A stretch of DNA of 64,000 bases from Barnesiella intestinihominis (GCA_963650135.1 CAVJLG010000058.1:436-64435), one strand, 5' to 3'. Positions 35,139 through 44,953 are shown, numbered from the stretch's first letter. Translations and numbers: made by a program. The notes: generated by a model from the letters alone, not told the origin.

Positions 35139-35351
35139 CTAAGGCACCGGGTCAAAGTAGTCCCCTTTGTAAAAAGGGTTACACCGAAGAAGCCGTCTTA
35201 CCGTTAAAAATCCGCCCTTCGCTGCGCCGTATTTTTCAATCGCTTCCATTGCGTAAGCGGAGCAGGTGGGCGTGAATCGGCAGCGGGGCGGAAACATCGG
35301 AGAGATCTTATTCCGGTAAAACCGGATCAGAAACAGCATCAGCCGCTTCAT
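35139..35351 (-). CDS. yidD: Membrane protein insertion efficiency factor YidD
   Basis: [42 protein letters not shown]. Trimmed from track ORF 35139-35549. Confidence 0.85.
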   Translation of the reverse strand: MKRLMLFLIRFYRNKISPMFPPRCRFTPTCSAYAMEAIEKYGAAKGGFLTVRRLLRCNPFYKGDYFDPVP

Positions 35352-35697
35352 GGACCGTCTCCTTTCTAATGAGCCCCAGCTTATCCATCTGTTTTTGAAG
35401 GCACTGGGCAATCTCATGATAGTCAGCATCCACCGCCCGATGCCGCGCCACCACCACGATGTCGTAGCCGGACAAATAGGTCTGCTCCGACAGGCGATAA
35501 GCCTCCCGGATGCGTCGGCGGATGCGATTGCGTACCACGGCATGGCCAAGCTTTGTGCCAGTGGTCAGACCAAGCCGGTTATAGGGAAGCCCGTTTTTCC
35601 GGCAATAGACCACCAGGCAGTGACCGGAAGCGGATTTCCCCTTCTGGTACAGCCGGCGGAACAGGTGATTCTGTTTCAGGGATCGTGTGGAAACCAT
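35308..35697 (-). CDS. rnpA: Ribonuclease P protein component
   Basis: [23 protein letters not shown]...[22 protein letters not shown]. Confidence 0.85.
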   Translation of the reverse strand: MVSTRSLKQNHLFRRLYQKGKSASGHCLVVYCRKNGLPYNRLGLTTGTKLGHAVVRNRIRRRIREAYRLSEQTYLSGYDIVVVARHRAVDADYHEIAQCLQKQMDKLGLIRKETVHEAADAVSDPVLPE

Positions 35698-35806
35698 GGT
35701 ACTGCCCTTCCATCAAAATGAGATCACGCGCCATAAACGTATGGGGCGAATAGATTGCTCCATTCACCCCAAATCTATCGGCATCAACGGTGTAAGGACG
35801 GGCGAA

Positions 35807-35944
35807 TCAGTAGCTGAGTCTGTTTCTGCCCTTGTTGCGGCGACGGGAAAGAACCTTGCGGCCGTTTCTGGTAGCCATTCTCTTTCTGAAGCCATGAACT
35901 TTCTGGCCATGGAGCTTCTTGGGCTGATAGGTACGCTTCGTCAT
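35807..35944 (-). CDS. rpmH: 50S ribosomal protein L34
   Basis: Too short for the ORF track. My translation is [50 protein letters not shown] lies 8 nt upstream. Confidence 0.9.
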   Translation of the reverse strand: MTKRTYQPKKLHGQKVHGFRKRMATRNGRKVLSRRRNKGRNRLSY

Positions 35945-36032
35945 TTGTATACACCTCCTGAATTATTATGCTCGACAGCAGAAATTGCTGCAGCTTGCCA
36001 TAGTTATGCCGTCCCGTGGACAGGCAACGACT

Positions 36033-36062
36033 ATTATACAGGAAAGACCGCCATTTTGTCAA
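36033..36062 (-). promoter_or_regulatory. Promoter of rpmH-rnpA-yidD-yidC-jag
   Basis: On the minus strand: TTGACA (36062-36057), 18-nt spacer, TATAAT (36038-36033). Confidence 0.6.
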
Positions 36063-36100
36063 CCTTTTGTAACGATTTTTCCTCTGAAATTCTGATTTCC

Positions 36101-36586
36101 TCAGCCGGGCCGGCGGGACTCCTGTGGGGCCAGAATACAGTTGATGGTGAGCAGCACCCCAAGGGCCGACAGCTCGGCCGTCCGGTCATAGAACTCCATG
36201 GCAAACATTTCGCCCCGCTGCCCCTGCACCGGATGGTTCGCCGCCACCACTGAGTTCTGCCAGGTGAGTTCATAGTCGCAGATACCCATGGTGCCGCACA
36301 GCTCCCAGCCCAAATCCGCAACGGAATATTTAGGCCGCAGGAACGTTAAATCCTTCACCACGCTGCCCACCGGCTTGCCATACACTTCAATTTCATAGCT
36401 GGGGAACATGGACGGAATCTTTTGATGGATATAAATGGCCTCCCGCCCTGCCAGATCGTGGACATGCAGCCGCTTTCCCAGCGAATACGCCTCTCCGGTT
36501 ACGGTATAGCGGGTATGTCCGCCTTTATCCCATAAGGGCATCGTCTGCCCCCAGAAAAACCCTTTCTGCTGCATAAATAGTTTCAT
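36101..36586 (-). CDS. LURP-one-related / YxjI (DUF567, tubby-like fold) family protein
   Basis: The pattern MKLFMQQKGFFWG...Y.V.GE.YSLGKRLHVHDLAGREAIYIHQK...TFLRPKY...GWEL matches YxjI-type proteins. Confidence 0.6.
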   Translation of the reverse strand: MKLFMQQKGFFWGQTMPLWDKGGHTRYTVTGEAYSLGKRLHVHDLAGREAIYIHQKIPSMFPSYEIEVYGKPVGSVVKDLTFLRPKYSVADLGWELCGTMGICDYELTWQNSVVAANHPVQGQRGEMFAMEFYDRTAELSALGVLLTINCILAPQESRRPG

Positions 36587-36686
36587 CGCTACACGTCCTT
36601 TCATCTTGCAGTCCCCATAAAAGCGCGAAGAGGCACCTCTGATTCCTCAGAGACACCTCTTTGTGTCGTGATCTATGGTTCAGTTG

Positions 36687-37259
36687 TTAGTCCAAAATTC
36701 GAATGGAGGTAATTTTCGGCTGATTCCACCAGGAAACCGTGCCGTTGCTGTCTTCCACCGGCGTATCCTTGCAGATTTGATCCACAATCTCCATGCCCGA
36801 CGTCACATGACCAAAGCCTGCATACTGTCCATCGAGAAACGTGGAATCGGACTGGACAATAAAGAACTGGCTGCTGGCGCTGTCATAGTCGTTGGACCGG
36901 GCCATGGATACGGTGCCCCGGACATGAGAAATATCATTTTCCACGCCGTTCTGGGAAAACTCACCCTTGATGGTTTCGTCGGTGCCGCCGGAGCCGTCGC
37001 CCTTGGGATCGCCGCCCTGGATCATAAAGCCGTCGATGATCCGATGGAAGGTAAGTCCATCGTAAAAACCATCCTTCGCCAGCTTACAGAAGTTCGACAC
37101 GGTAATGGGCGCGGTATCGGCGTCCAGCTCCATGGTGATGGTGCCATAGTTCTCAATCTGGAGTTCGGCATGGTGGAGGCCCTTGCTGTAGGCATCGCTG
37201 CTGCAGCCGGAAAGCATCAGCAGGGTAATCAGTAAGACAAATCCAATCAGACGCTTCAT
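36687..37259 (-). CDS. Cyclophilin-type peptidyl-prolyl isomerase, lipoprotein
   Basis: Lipobox LLMLSGC. Also TMELDADTAPITVSNFCKLAKDGFYDGLTFHRIIDGFMIQGGDP. Confidence 0.85.
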   Translation of the reverse strand: MKRLIGFVLLITLLMLSGCSSDAYSKGLHHAELQIENYGTITMELDADTAPITVSNFCKLAKDGFYDGLTFHRIIDGFMIQGGDPKGDGSGGTDETIKGEFSQNGVENDISHVRGTVSMARSNDYDSASSQFFIVQSDSTFLDGQYAGFGHVTSGMEIVDQICKDTPVEDSNGTVSWWNQPKITSIRILD

Positions 37260-37397
37260 GTTGCCCCCCATCCGGCACTTTGCCCCATCAAATGAATGAT
37301 AGTATTATACCAGCAAACCCCACTGGTGTCAAACGTCCGGTATCACAAAATTCAGGCTGGTGCAGTTAAATTTTTGCACCAGCCTGACGAACGCATG

Positions 37398-38165
37398 TTA
37401 TGCTTCCCAGTGGAATTCCTCCACCGGACCAATTTCCACCGGCCCGCCCATGAAGCAGCCGATAATGGCTCCGTTTTCCCGGGATACCGTCACGGCAATT
37501 TCGCCGCCGGGTTCCTGAAATTCAAAGCGATTTTGTGCCGTATCTTCTCCTGCCAAATACCAGGCCGCCGCCACACTGCCGGAGCCGCAGGAGGACTCCC
37601 ATACCAGCGAATCTGTACTCCTGACATACACTGCCGGGGTCAGCTGCTGTCCGTTCAGGAACATGATACCCCAAGCTTCCTGTTCCAGCTCGTTTAGAAT
37701 TGGCCGTGCTTCCTCCAAAAAAGTCGGGTCCGGCTTCTGGTCCAGCGCCAACAAATGGCCGATGCCCTGGCACTGAATCAGCGGGTATTTTGTGCCGCGC
37801 AGAGAAATCCAGTCCACCCCCATGGGCAGCGGCATATCCGCAAACGCTGTTCCGGCTGCCGCATCCACGCGCACCGGCACCGGAGCCGTTGCCCCGGAAA
37901 TCTCCACCCGCAGTGTTTCCATCGGGGTAGCCAGCGCTTGGAGACAGCCATAGGACCGGACGGCATTTCCGCAGAACTCGCCGCCCATCATTTCAATGCG
38001 GCAGTCGCCGCCCAATCTGGGCTGTGCCGCAAAGCCCACCTGCTCGGCCCGCCCCTGGGCCATAATTGCCCGGGACAGTACAGGACGTAATTCCGGCGAT
38101 ACGGGACTGAGCACCACAGCAGTGATATTCCCCGCCGGATTCAGATATCGAACCTGAATGCTCAT
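37398..38165 (-). CDS. DapF-fold (diaminopimelate epimerase-like) PLP-independent epimerase/racemase family protein
   Basis: Two Cys motifs in DapF-like context: [15 protein letters not shown] and [13 protein letters not shown]. The ATG overlaps the stop of the ABC ATPase gene (ATGA). Confidence 0.6.
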   Translation of the reverse strand: MSIQVRYLNPAGNITAVVLSPVSPELRPVLSRAIMAQGRAEQVGFAAQPRLGGDCRIEMMGGEFCGNAVRSYGCLQALATPMETLRVEISGATAPVPVRVDAAAGTAFADMPLPMGVDWISLRGTKYPLIQCQGIGHLLALDQKPDPTFLEEARPILNELEQEAWGIMFLNGQQLTPAVYVRSTDSLVWESSCGSGSVAAAWYLAGEDTAQNRFEFQEPGGEIAVTVSRENGAIIGCFMGGPVEIGPVEEFHWEA

Positions 38166-38923
38166 CCCTGCGCAAACCTCGCCAAGAACTGCCGGGTCCG
38201 TTCCTCCTTGGGATGCTCAATGACCTCGTGGGGATCGCCCTGCTCTACAATATAGCCGCCGTCCATGAAAATCACTCGGTCTGCCACATCCCGGGCAAAT
38301 CCCATCTCGTGGGTCACGATTACCATGGTCATCTTTTCCTGGGCCAGCTGCCGGATAACCTTTAAAATCTCGCCGGTGAGCTCCGGGTCCAGCGCCGAGG
38401 TGGGCTCGTCAAAGAACAAAATAGAGGGATTCATAGCCAGCGCCCGGGCAATGGCCACCCGCTGCTGCTGACCGCCGGAGAGCTGGCAGGGATAGCTGTC
38501 TTCCTTGCCGGTGAGGCCCATTTTCGCCAGCAGGCTTTTGGCCGTTTCCAAAGCCTCCTGCTTGGGCTTTTTTTGAACGTGAATGGGCGCGTCCATGATG
38601 TTTTTCAGCACAGAATAATGCGGGAACAGGTTGAAGTTCTGGAACACCAGTCCAAAGCAGCCCTGAATTTCCCGAAGTTCCTTCTTGGAGGCATATTCCG
38701 CATGACCGTTTTCCGATTTGGCCGCAGCCTTTCCCAAATAAACCAGGTTGCCATCGTCCATGGTTTCCAGCAGCGTTGCACAGCGCAAAAGGGTAGATTT
38801 CCCCGAACCGGAAGGGCCGATGATTGCAACGACCTCGCCCTCTTCCACATTCAGAGAAATGTCGTGGAGCACATCCGTTTCGCCGAACGCCTTTTTACAG
38901 TGATTGATTTCAAGCAGTTTCAA
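38162..38923 (-). CDS. Polar amino-acid ABC transporter ATP-binding protein
   Basis: Walker [10 protein letters not shown], signature [15 protein letters not shown], Walker [16 protein letters not shown] start with AAGGGGG 8 nt upstream. Confidence 0.9.
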   Translation of the reverse strand: MKLLEINHCKKAFGETDVLHDISLNVEEGEVVAIIGPSGSGKSTLLRCATLLETMDDGNLVYLGKAAAKSENGHAEYASKKELREIQGCFGLVFQNFNLFPHYSVLKNIMDAPIHVQKKPKQEALETAKSLLAKMGLTGKEDSYPCQLSGGQQQRVAIARALAMNPSILFFDEPTSALDPELTGEILKVIRQLAQEKMTMVIVTHEMGFARDVADRVIFMDGGYIVEQGDPHEVIEHPKEERTRQFLARFAQG

Positions 38924-38937
38924 TGGAAGCGCCCCCT

Positions 38938-39633
38938 TTACTGATAATAGTCCATCATTTTTTCAACCTTGCCCATAATTCCGGCTACCACCAGGTTGAA
39001 GATGTAGTAGAAGATGCCCGCAACAAACAGCGGCAGAATATTCGCCTGGGCCGCCGCCACCTGCTTGGCAATGGTAAACATCTCCGTATAGGCCAGTACG
39101 AAGGCCAGCGAGGTATCCTTTACCAGGGTAATGACCTCGTTGGTCACCGGCGGCAGAACCCGCTTGCACATCTGCGGGAAGATGATCTTAAAGAAGGTCT
39201 GGGTCCGGTTATAGCCCAGCACCCGCGCCGCCTCCCGCTGTCCATTGGGAATGCCCTGGATGCCGGAGCGGAAAATCTCGGCAAAATACGCCGCATAGTT
39301 GATGGAGAAGCCCACAATGGTCGCGCCTACACGCCAGGCCGCATTCAGCCGCCAGCCAAAGAGATAATAGGGCCCGTAAAACCACACGATCAGCTGGAGC
39401 ATCAACGGTGTGCCCCGGAGAATGGAAATCAGGAACTTGATAATCAGCTGTACCGGCTTAAACTTTCCCAATACGCCCTCAGGACTAAGGCAGCGAAAGG
39501 GCGCCCAGTTATTCATACGTCCCATTGCCACCAGCAGTCCCAGCGGCAGCGAGAAAATCAGCGTGCTGAAGAAAATCAGCAGGGTGGAGCCTACACCGGA
39601 CAGCACCTGCTGTACCACAGACAAGAATGACAT
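38938..39633 (-). CDS. Polar amino-acid ABC transporter permease (His/Glu/Gln/Arg/opine family)
   Basis: [17 protein letters not shown]...[31 protein letters not shown]. The start is trimmed to the ATG at 39633. Confidence 0.85.
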   Translation of the reverse strand: MSFLSVVQQVLSGVGSTLLIFFSTLIFSLPLGLLVAMGRMNNWAPFRCLSPEGVLGKFKPVQLIIKFLISILRGTPLMLQLIVWFYGPYYLFGWRLNAAWRVGATIVGFSINYAAYFAEIFRSGIQGIPNGQREAARVLGYNRTQTFFKIIFPQMCKRVLPPVTNEVITLVKDTSLAFVLAYTEMFTIAKQVAAAQANILPLFVAGIFYYIFNLVVAGIMGKVEKMMDYYQ

Positions 39634-39699
39634 GTCAGATACCTCACTCGTAGAAATCGGGGGGCAGCCTTCGCCGCCCCCCAAAGGCAATGCTTTATG

Positions 39700-40626
39700 T
39701 TACTTTACATATTCGCCCAGGCAAACCATGTCGGGCAGGTTGTAGTCCGCATACTTGGCAGCAATCTCATCAAAGGTGCCGTCTTTGTACATCTCGAAGA
39801 GGGTATCCTGAACCTGATCCTTCAGCTCGTCGTTGCCCTTTTTAAAGCCGATGCCGTACTGCTCGGTGGAAAGGGGCTCGTCCAGCTTCCGGAAGGTATC
39901 GCCCCGGGAAGCCAGCTGATACTGGGCCACGCCGATATCAACAGCGATGGCATCTACCGCGCCGGACTCCAGGTTCATAAATGCAGTGTTATAATCAGCC
40001 ACCTGCTGGAGATCTGCAAAGGAAGCCGCCAGCGCCAGGTTTTCGTCGTTGTCTTCCTCGCTGGTCAGCGCAGTCAGTGCGGAGGAATCCGCCTGGGTTA
40101 CCACAACCTTACCGGCCAAGTCTTCCTTGCTCTGAATATCGGAATCGTTCATGACGACAAATACAATGGAGTTATCCACATAGGGAACGGAGAAGGTGTA
40201 GTCATCCTCGCGTCCGGTCATAGTGAAGCCGTTCCAGATGCAGTCGATGGCGCCGGTGTTCAGCTCCATATCCTTGGAATCCCAGTCGATGGGCTGCTTT
40301 ACCAGGGTCCAGCCGTTGCGGTCACAGACCTCCTGGGCCAGCTCCAGGTCGAAGCCGGTGTATTCGCCGCTCTCGTCCTTGTAGCCATAGGGGGGATACT
40401 CTGCGTCGAAGCCAACGGTAAAGGTACGGCCCTCGCCGGTCGCAGTCTCAGCAGCGGATGCATCGTTGTTCTCAGCCGGAGCCGCAGTGGTTTCTTCTAC
40501 AGCGGCAGTCTCGGCGGGTGCTTCGGATTTTGCAGCGGATGCAGCGGAAGAAGCGGCATCGGAGCCACAGGCAGCCACGGAAAGCATCATTCCGGCGGCC
40601 ATCAGCAGTGCAAGCAGTTTTTTCAT
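39700..40626 (-). CDS. Polar amino-acid ABC transporter substrate-binding lipoprotein
   Basis: Lipobox MLSVAAC, an Ala/Ser/Glu linker, then FTVGFDAEYPPYGY...IDCIWNGFTMT. Confidence 0.85.
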   Translation of the reverse strand: MKKLLALLMAAGMMLSVAACGSDAASSAASAAKSEAPAETAAVEETTAAPAENNDASAAETATGEGRTFTVGFDAEYPPYGYKDESGEYTGFDLELAQEVCDRNGWTLVKQPIDWDSKDMELNTGAIDCIWNGFTMTGREDDYTFSVPYVDNSIVFVVMNDSDIQSKEDLAGKVVVTQADSSALTALTSEEDNDENLALAASFADLQQVADYNTAFMNLESGAVDAIAVDIGVAQYQLASRGDTFRKLDEPLSTEQYGIGFKKGNDELKDQVQDTLFEMYKDGTFDEIAAKYADYNLPDMVCLGEYVK

Positions 40627-40684
40627 CGTAGTCTCTCCTATCGTTTCTGCGGCTGCACTGCCGCAGGGTTTCTAAGTGCTTATT

Positions 40685-40713
40685 ATATTAGCGAATCATT
40701 ACGCTAAAGTCAA
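40685..40713 (-). promoter_or_regulatory. Predicted promoter of the amino-acid ABC operon
   Basis: On the minus strand: TTGACT (40713-40708), 17-nt spacer, TAATAT (40690-40685). Confidence 0.5.
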
Positions 40714-40732
40714 GAGGAACTTGCTCATCTTC

Positions 40733-40770
40733 GAAAAAAGCGGCATTGTGTACAAACAACGCCGCTTTTT
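40733..40770. terminator. Bidirectional terminator hairpin after the PNPOx-family gene
   Basis: Stem gcggcattgt / acaacgccgc, flanked by A6 and T6. Confidence 0.75.
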
Positions 40771-40774
40771 TGCC

Positions 40775-41248
40775 CTATTTATGTTGCTTTCCGGTGAGAT
40801 TCTCAGCCTCCAGCTTTAAAATTGCCACCCGGTTCAGCATCGCCGCAGGAAATTCCATAGGTTCTTCGCTGCCGGAATAATGTTCCATCACCTTCTGAAG
40901 TCCCAGCCGTTTCTCCTCGGAATCCGTGAGCAGGGTAATCTTCCCTTGGCCCATAACGCTCTCATAGCGGAAGGACCAGCTGCACGGGACCTCCCCCGTT
41001 ACCAGCCCATGGCCCGTATCCATGCAGAACGCTGCCTGAGGATGGGCTCCAATCAGCTCCAGCTTCTTTCCCTCCGAAGCCGCGTGCATATAAAATGTAA
41101 ATTGCTCCCCGCTCCGCTCATAGCCGAAGTTCATGGGCACCACATAGGGATATTCCCCGTCCATCAGTCCCAGGTGAATGCAGTCGCACCGGCGAATGAT
41201 CTCCTCCAGCTGTGAAAGCTCTGTGACCTCCCGGTCTTTTCTTCTCAT
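40775..41248 (-). CDS. Pyridoxamine 5'-phosphate oxidase-family (FMN-binding split barrel) protein
   Basis: MRRKDREVTELSQLEEIIRRCDCIHLGLMDGEYPYVVPMNFGYE. Confidence 0.75.
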   Translation of the reverse strand: MRRKDREVTELSQLEEIIRRCDCIHLGLMDGEYPYVVPMNFGYERSGEQFTFYMHAASEGKKLELIGAHPQAAFCMDTGHGLVTGEVPCSWSFRYESVMGQGKITLLTDSEEKRLGLQKVMEHYSGSEEPMEFPAAMLNRVAILKLEAENLTGKQHK

Positions 41249-41313
41249 TGATCTGCGCTCCTAACTATAAATAGGGGGCGGCTGATTTCCAGCCACCCTC
41301 TTTCCTGATAAAC

Positions 41314-41817
41314 TTACTTGAACAGCTCCAGCGCCTTCTTGGCAAACCGAGTGCCATAGGTCTGGAACAGAGGAGCAGCCTCTTCCTCGCCGCCCTTGAG
41401 GCAGATGGGTCCAAGATGGATAAAGGGCAGACCCTGTGCGGTACCGCTGGAATAAACCACGGTGCCCTTCACCAGCAGCTGGGTCAGCACGGACTGAATG
41501 GCAATGTCGCCGCCGCCCTGCAGGAAGTTTGCAGTGGCATATGCGCCGCAGAGCTTATCCGCCAGCTTGCAGGGGCAGTTGTCCAGCCAGGTCTTGAGCT
41601 GGTTTGCCTCGGCAGCATAGTAGTCAGGGGTACCGACGATTACAGCGGCGGAGTCGTTGACAAAGTTCACATTCTCCTCGTGATAGGAAGTGACCTCAGA
41701 GATGGGGAACAGGCCTACCTCGATGGATGCGTCGGCAGCTGCGATGCCCTTTTTGATCTCCTCCGCCATGGAGGCCGTGCGGCCGGTGGATGTAAAGTAA
41801 ACAATAGAGATTTTCAT
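41314..41817 (-). CDS. Flavodoxin-family protein
   Basis: MKISIVYFTSTGRTASMAEEIKKG...VGTPDYY. Confidence 0.75.
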   Translation of the reverse strand: MKISIVYFTSTGRTASMAEEIKKGIAAADASIEVGLFPISEVTSYHEENVNFVNDSAAVIVGTPDYYAAEANQLKTWLDNCPCKLADKLCGAYATANFLQGGGDIAIQSVLTQLLVKGTVVYSSGTAQGLPFIHLGPICLKGGEEEAAPLFQTYGTRFAKKALELFK

Positions 41818-41829
41818 AGATGATCCTCC

Positions 41830-42384
41830 TTATTTATTGCCGATCAGGTTTACGATATAGTCGCCGATCTCGTCGGCAGTAGCCAGCTCGCCGGTGCCCT
41901 TGCCGCCGTAAGCCAGCACGCCCTCATGGGGCTCGATGAACTTATACTGCCCCAGATCCTTGAGCTTCTGCATGTTGCCCTGGACGATGGGGTTGGTATA
42001 CATTGCGTCGTTCATGGCAGGTGCAATGACCACAGGGGCATGGGTTGCCATGACGGTGGTGGTGAGCATATCGTCGGCAATACCGTTGGCAATCTTGCCG
42101 ATGACGTTGGCGGTGCAGGGGGCAATCAGGAAGCAATCCGCCTTCCGCGCCAGAGAGATGTGCTCTACGCTCCACACAGCGGGCTCCTTAAACATATCCC
42201 GGGTGACAATGTTCCGGGACAGGGTGCGGATGGTCTGCTCCGTGATAAAAGTCTCGGAGTTTTTGGTCATGATGACATCCACATTGGCGTGCAGGTCGAT
42301 TACCAGCTTATTGAGAATCAGGCAAGCCTTCCATGCGGCAATACCGCCGGTAACGCCCATTACAATATTTTTACCTTTGAGCAT
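41830..42384 (-). CDS. HFCD-family flavoprotein (stand-alone CoaC/EpiD-like Cys-decarboxylase fold)
   Basis: GVTGGIAAWKACLILNKL...APCTANVIGKIANGIADDMLTT...PAMNDAMY. No CoaB domain is fused. Confidence 0.7.
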   Translation of the reverse strand: MLKGKNIVMGVTGGIAAWKACLILNKLVIDLHANVDVIMTKNSETFITEQTIRTLSRNIVTRDMFKEPAVWSVEHISLARKADCFLIAPCTANVIGKIANGIADDMLTTTVMATHAPVVIAPAMNDAMYTNPIVQGNMQKLKDLGQYKFIEPHEGVLAYGGKGTGELATADEIGDYIVNLIGNK

Positions 42385-42450
42385 TTTGATGCATCCTTCC
42401 TGAATAAATATATCGAGTTCATTATATCACAGAGAACATAAATTGCACAA

Positions 42451-43167
42451 CTATTTTTCCGGAAAATCCGTATACACATTTCCCGGCTCCAGCTCCGTCC
42501 CCCGCAGCGCCGCCAATTCGCTGACCGTTACAAAGCAGTAGCCCTTTTCCTCCAGCATATCCACCAGCCGCAGGGCCGCTTCCACCGAGCTTTTGGAGAG
42601 GTCGTGCATCAAAATCACGTCCCCATCCCCCGCCTCCCGCGCCATGGTATGCAGCACCGCACCGGCATCGTGGGAAGCCCAATCCCTGGGGTCTACCGAC
42701 CAGAGGATCACGCTCATCCCCTCCGCACCGGCTTTCCGGCAGACCGTTTCATCATATGCGCCGCCTGGGGGACGCATCACCACGGGGGAAATCCCCGTAA
42801 GCTCGCGGATTTTCCCGGCTGTCTGGGCCATGTCCTGCTGCACCTCCTGGGCGGTCAGCTTGGTAAGATCCGTATGGACCGTGGAGTGTACCCCCAGCTC
42901 ATGCCCCTCCTCCAAATACCGGCTCAGCGCAGAGGGATACTGGTCCATCCGATAGCCGCAGAGGAAGAAGGTGGCCCGGGCATTTCGCTGGCGCAGTCCG
43001 TCCAACAGCTGCTCCGTCAATGCGCCGGAGGGCCCATCGTCAAATGTCAGGGCAATATACCCCGTTGGCTGCCGCTCCTGGTCAATGGGATTCTCCGCCC
43101 ATACCGTGACCGTCAGCATCGCCGCCAATAGCAGCCCGCCCAGTATCATCCGCTTCCATTTCACCAT
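42451..43167 (-). CDS. Polysaccharide deacetylase (CE4 / NodB homology), secreted
   Basis: IALTFDDGPSG..., HELGVHSTVH, PPGGAY, ILWSVDPRDW and VILMHD. Has a signal peptide. Confidence 0.85.
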   Translation of the reverse strand: MVKWKRMILGGLLLAAMLTVTVWAENPIDQERQPTGYIALTFDDGPSGALTEQLLDGLRQRNARATFFLCGYRMDQYPSALSRYLEEGHELGVHSTVHTDLTKLTAQEVQQDMAQTAGKIRELTGISPVVMRPPGGAYDETVCRKAGAEGMSVILWSVDPRDWASHDAGAVLHTMAREAGDGDVILMHDLSKSSVEAALRLVDMLEEKGYCFVTVSELAALRGTELEPGNVYTDFPEK

Positions 43168-43249
43168 AATTTCCTCCCTGCCGCTGTTTCATTTCGCGCT
43201 CAGTAGTATTTGCGATTTACATAAAATTATGTTTTCCTGGCCGATTCCC

Positions 43250-43278
43250 TTGACAGCACCCCATGTTTCTCCTAAAAT
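43250..43278 (+). promoter_or_regulatory. Predicted promoter of the transglutaminase/SLH gene
   Basis: TTGACA (43250-43255), 17-nt spacer, TAAAAT (43273-43278). Confidence 0.55.
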
Positions 43279-43336
43279 AGCGTTACCCAATTATTCTATT
43301 TTCATTGTTTTACGCATGCATTATTAGGAGGTCTAC

Positions 43337-44893
43337 ATGAAATATTCTAAGCGCCTGATCTGTCTGCTGCTGAGTTTGGCGGTACTGCTGAGTCTCTCTG
43401 CCGTTCCGGTCTATGCAGCGCAGCCCCTGGAGGCAGGCAGCGCCACCTATACAAATCCCCTTTATCCCGACGTTTCGGTGCCCGATCCCATGCCGGAGGA
43501 TGCCGAGTCCGACGACAGCAGCACACTTTCCGCCCCCCGCACCCAAGCCAGCAGCTATCTTTCCATTGAAGATGCCGCCGCGGAACTACGGGATCAAATG
43601 CGAGCCCGCACCACGGTATTTACACTCCCCGTCTATGCCCCTGGCTATACCATCGATAAGCCGTCGGTAACCAAGCTGGTCAACCAGGTGCTGATGCCCA
43701 TGGCCTACAGCGAAGACTTGGCAGTGGACATCAACAGCGGCGACTATCTCCGTTGGAGTTGGGCAAGGGTCCAATACAGCTGGGGCTCCGGCAGCACGGA
43801 CGGCTATCTGGAGCTTACCATGTATTTTAATTACTATACCACCACCAATGAAGAGGCCTGGCTGGTCACCAATGTAAACAGCATTGTAAACGAGCTGGAT
43901 CTGTGGCGGGTCAGTGATTATAAAAAATACTGTGGCATCTACGACTACATTACGGACCATGTCAATTATGATTATGATGGCTTAAATGCCAAGAATCCCT
44001 ATGTCTACAGCGCTTATGCAGCCCTTCACGACGGCAAGGCAGTCTGCCAGGGCTATGCCACGCTGTTCTATGCCATGTGCCGGGCCATGGGTCTGCCCGT
44101 CCGCATCATCACCAGCCGTGACCATGCATGGAATATCGTCAAGCTGGGGGATCTCTGGTACAATATGGACACCACCTGGGACGGCAGCGGCAATGTCAGC
44201 ACCCATACCTATCTGCTCAAGGGCTCGGATTCCTTCCAGGACCACCCTGCATCCGCCGAATATCTTACCGATGCATTCACCAGCGCCTATCCCCAGTCTT
44301 CCACGGATTATGTCCCCACTGACGCCGACGAGCAGCCGGTTTGCCCGTTCCGGGATGTAGTGCCCGGGCAGTATTACTATGACGCTGTGCAGGAAATGGC
44401 AGACCGCGGACTGTTCTATGGCACCACCAACTATACCTTTAGTCCGGACGGCTCCATGACCCGTGCCATGCTGGTAACCGTGCTCTGGCGGCTGGCAGGA
44501 GAGCCAACCCCTGCCCAATCCACCAGCTTTACCGACATCCCCAGCGATTCCTACTATGCCCAGAGCGTTGCCTGGGCCTATGAAACGGGCATCACCCAGG
44601 GCATCACTTCCACCACCTTCGCCCCTGAGCGTTCCCTGACCCGGCAGGAGCTGGCCACCTTCCTCTACCGCTATGCCCAGCAGATGGGCTACAGTACCAC
44701 TGCCTACAATCCCCTATCGAAATTCTCTGACAAGGACGCCGTTGGGGACTTCGCACTTTCTTCCATGCGCTGGGCCGTGGGCGCAAAGATCATCCAGGGT
44801 ATGGATTCCAGCACCTTGCAGCCCGAGGGCACCGCCACCCGCGCGCAGACAGCTACAATGCTTTCCCGTTTCATCGCTTATTACGGCATTTAA
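43337..44893 (+). CDS. Secreted transglutaminase-like cysteine protease domain protein with three C-terminal SLH repeats
   Basis: Has a signal peptide. The core is CQGYATLFYAMCRAMGLPVRIITSRDHAWNIV...NMDTTWD (Cys-His-Asp). The SLH repeats begin FRDVVPGQYYYDAVQEMADRGLF, FTDIPSDSYYAQSV and FSDKDAVGDFA. Confidence 0.75.
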   Translation: MKYSKRLICLLLSLAVLLSLSAVPVYAAQPLEAGSATYTNPLYPDVSVPDPMPEDAESDDSSTLSAPRTQASSYLSIEDAAAELRDQMRARTTVFTLPVYAPGYTIDKPSVTKLVNQVLMPMAYSEDLAVDINSGDYLRWSWARVQYSWGSGSTDGYLELTMYFNYYTTTNEEAWLVTNVNSIVNELDLWRVSDYKKYCGIYDYITDHVNYDYDGLNAKNPYVYSAYAALHDGKAVCQGYATLFYAMCRAMGLPVRIITSRDHAWNIVKLGDLWYNMDTTWDGSGNVSTHTYLLKGSDSFQDHPASAEYLTDAFTSAYPQSSTDYVPTDADEQPVCPFRDVVPGQYYYDAVQEMADRGLFYGTTNYTFSPDGSMTRAMLVTVLWRLAGEPTPAQSTSFTDIPSDSYYAQSVAWAYETGITQGITSTTFAPERSLTRQELATFLYRYAQQMGYSTTAYNPLSKFSDKDAVGDFALSSMRWAVGAKIIQGMDSSTLQPEGTATRAQTATMLSRFIAYYGI

Positions 44894-44902
44894 TTTTCCT
44901 AC

Positions 44903-44953
44903 AAAAATACGCCGGACAGCATACCGCAATGGTACGCTGTCCGGCGCTTTTCT
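44903..44953. terminator. Bidirectional terminator between convergent genes
   Basis: 11-bp stem cgccggacagc / gctgtccggcg, flanked by A5 and a T-rich run. Confidence 0.75.

Noticed and set aside
33096-35207. 703-aa + strand ORF
   Set aside because: Antisense to jag and yidC. It is a Gly/Leu/Arg-rich shadow ORF.
35352-35549. Upstream extension of the yidD ORF (track 35139-35549)
   Set aside because: The extension lies wholly inside rnpA in another frame. The conserved YidD sequence begins at [13 protein letters not shown] (35351).
35945-36100. oriC upstream of rpmH
   Set aside because: I found no TTATCCACA/TGTGGATAA-type boxes and no AT-rich unwinding element. The region holds only a promoter, and dnaA is not adjacent.
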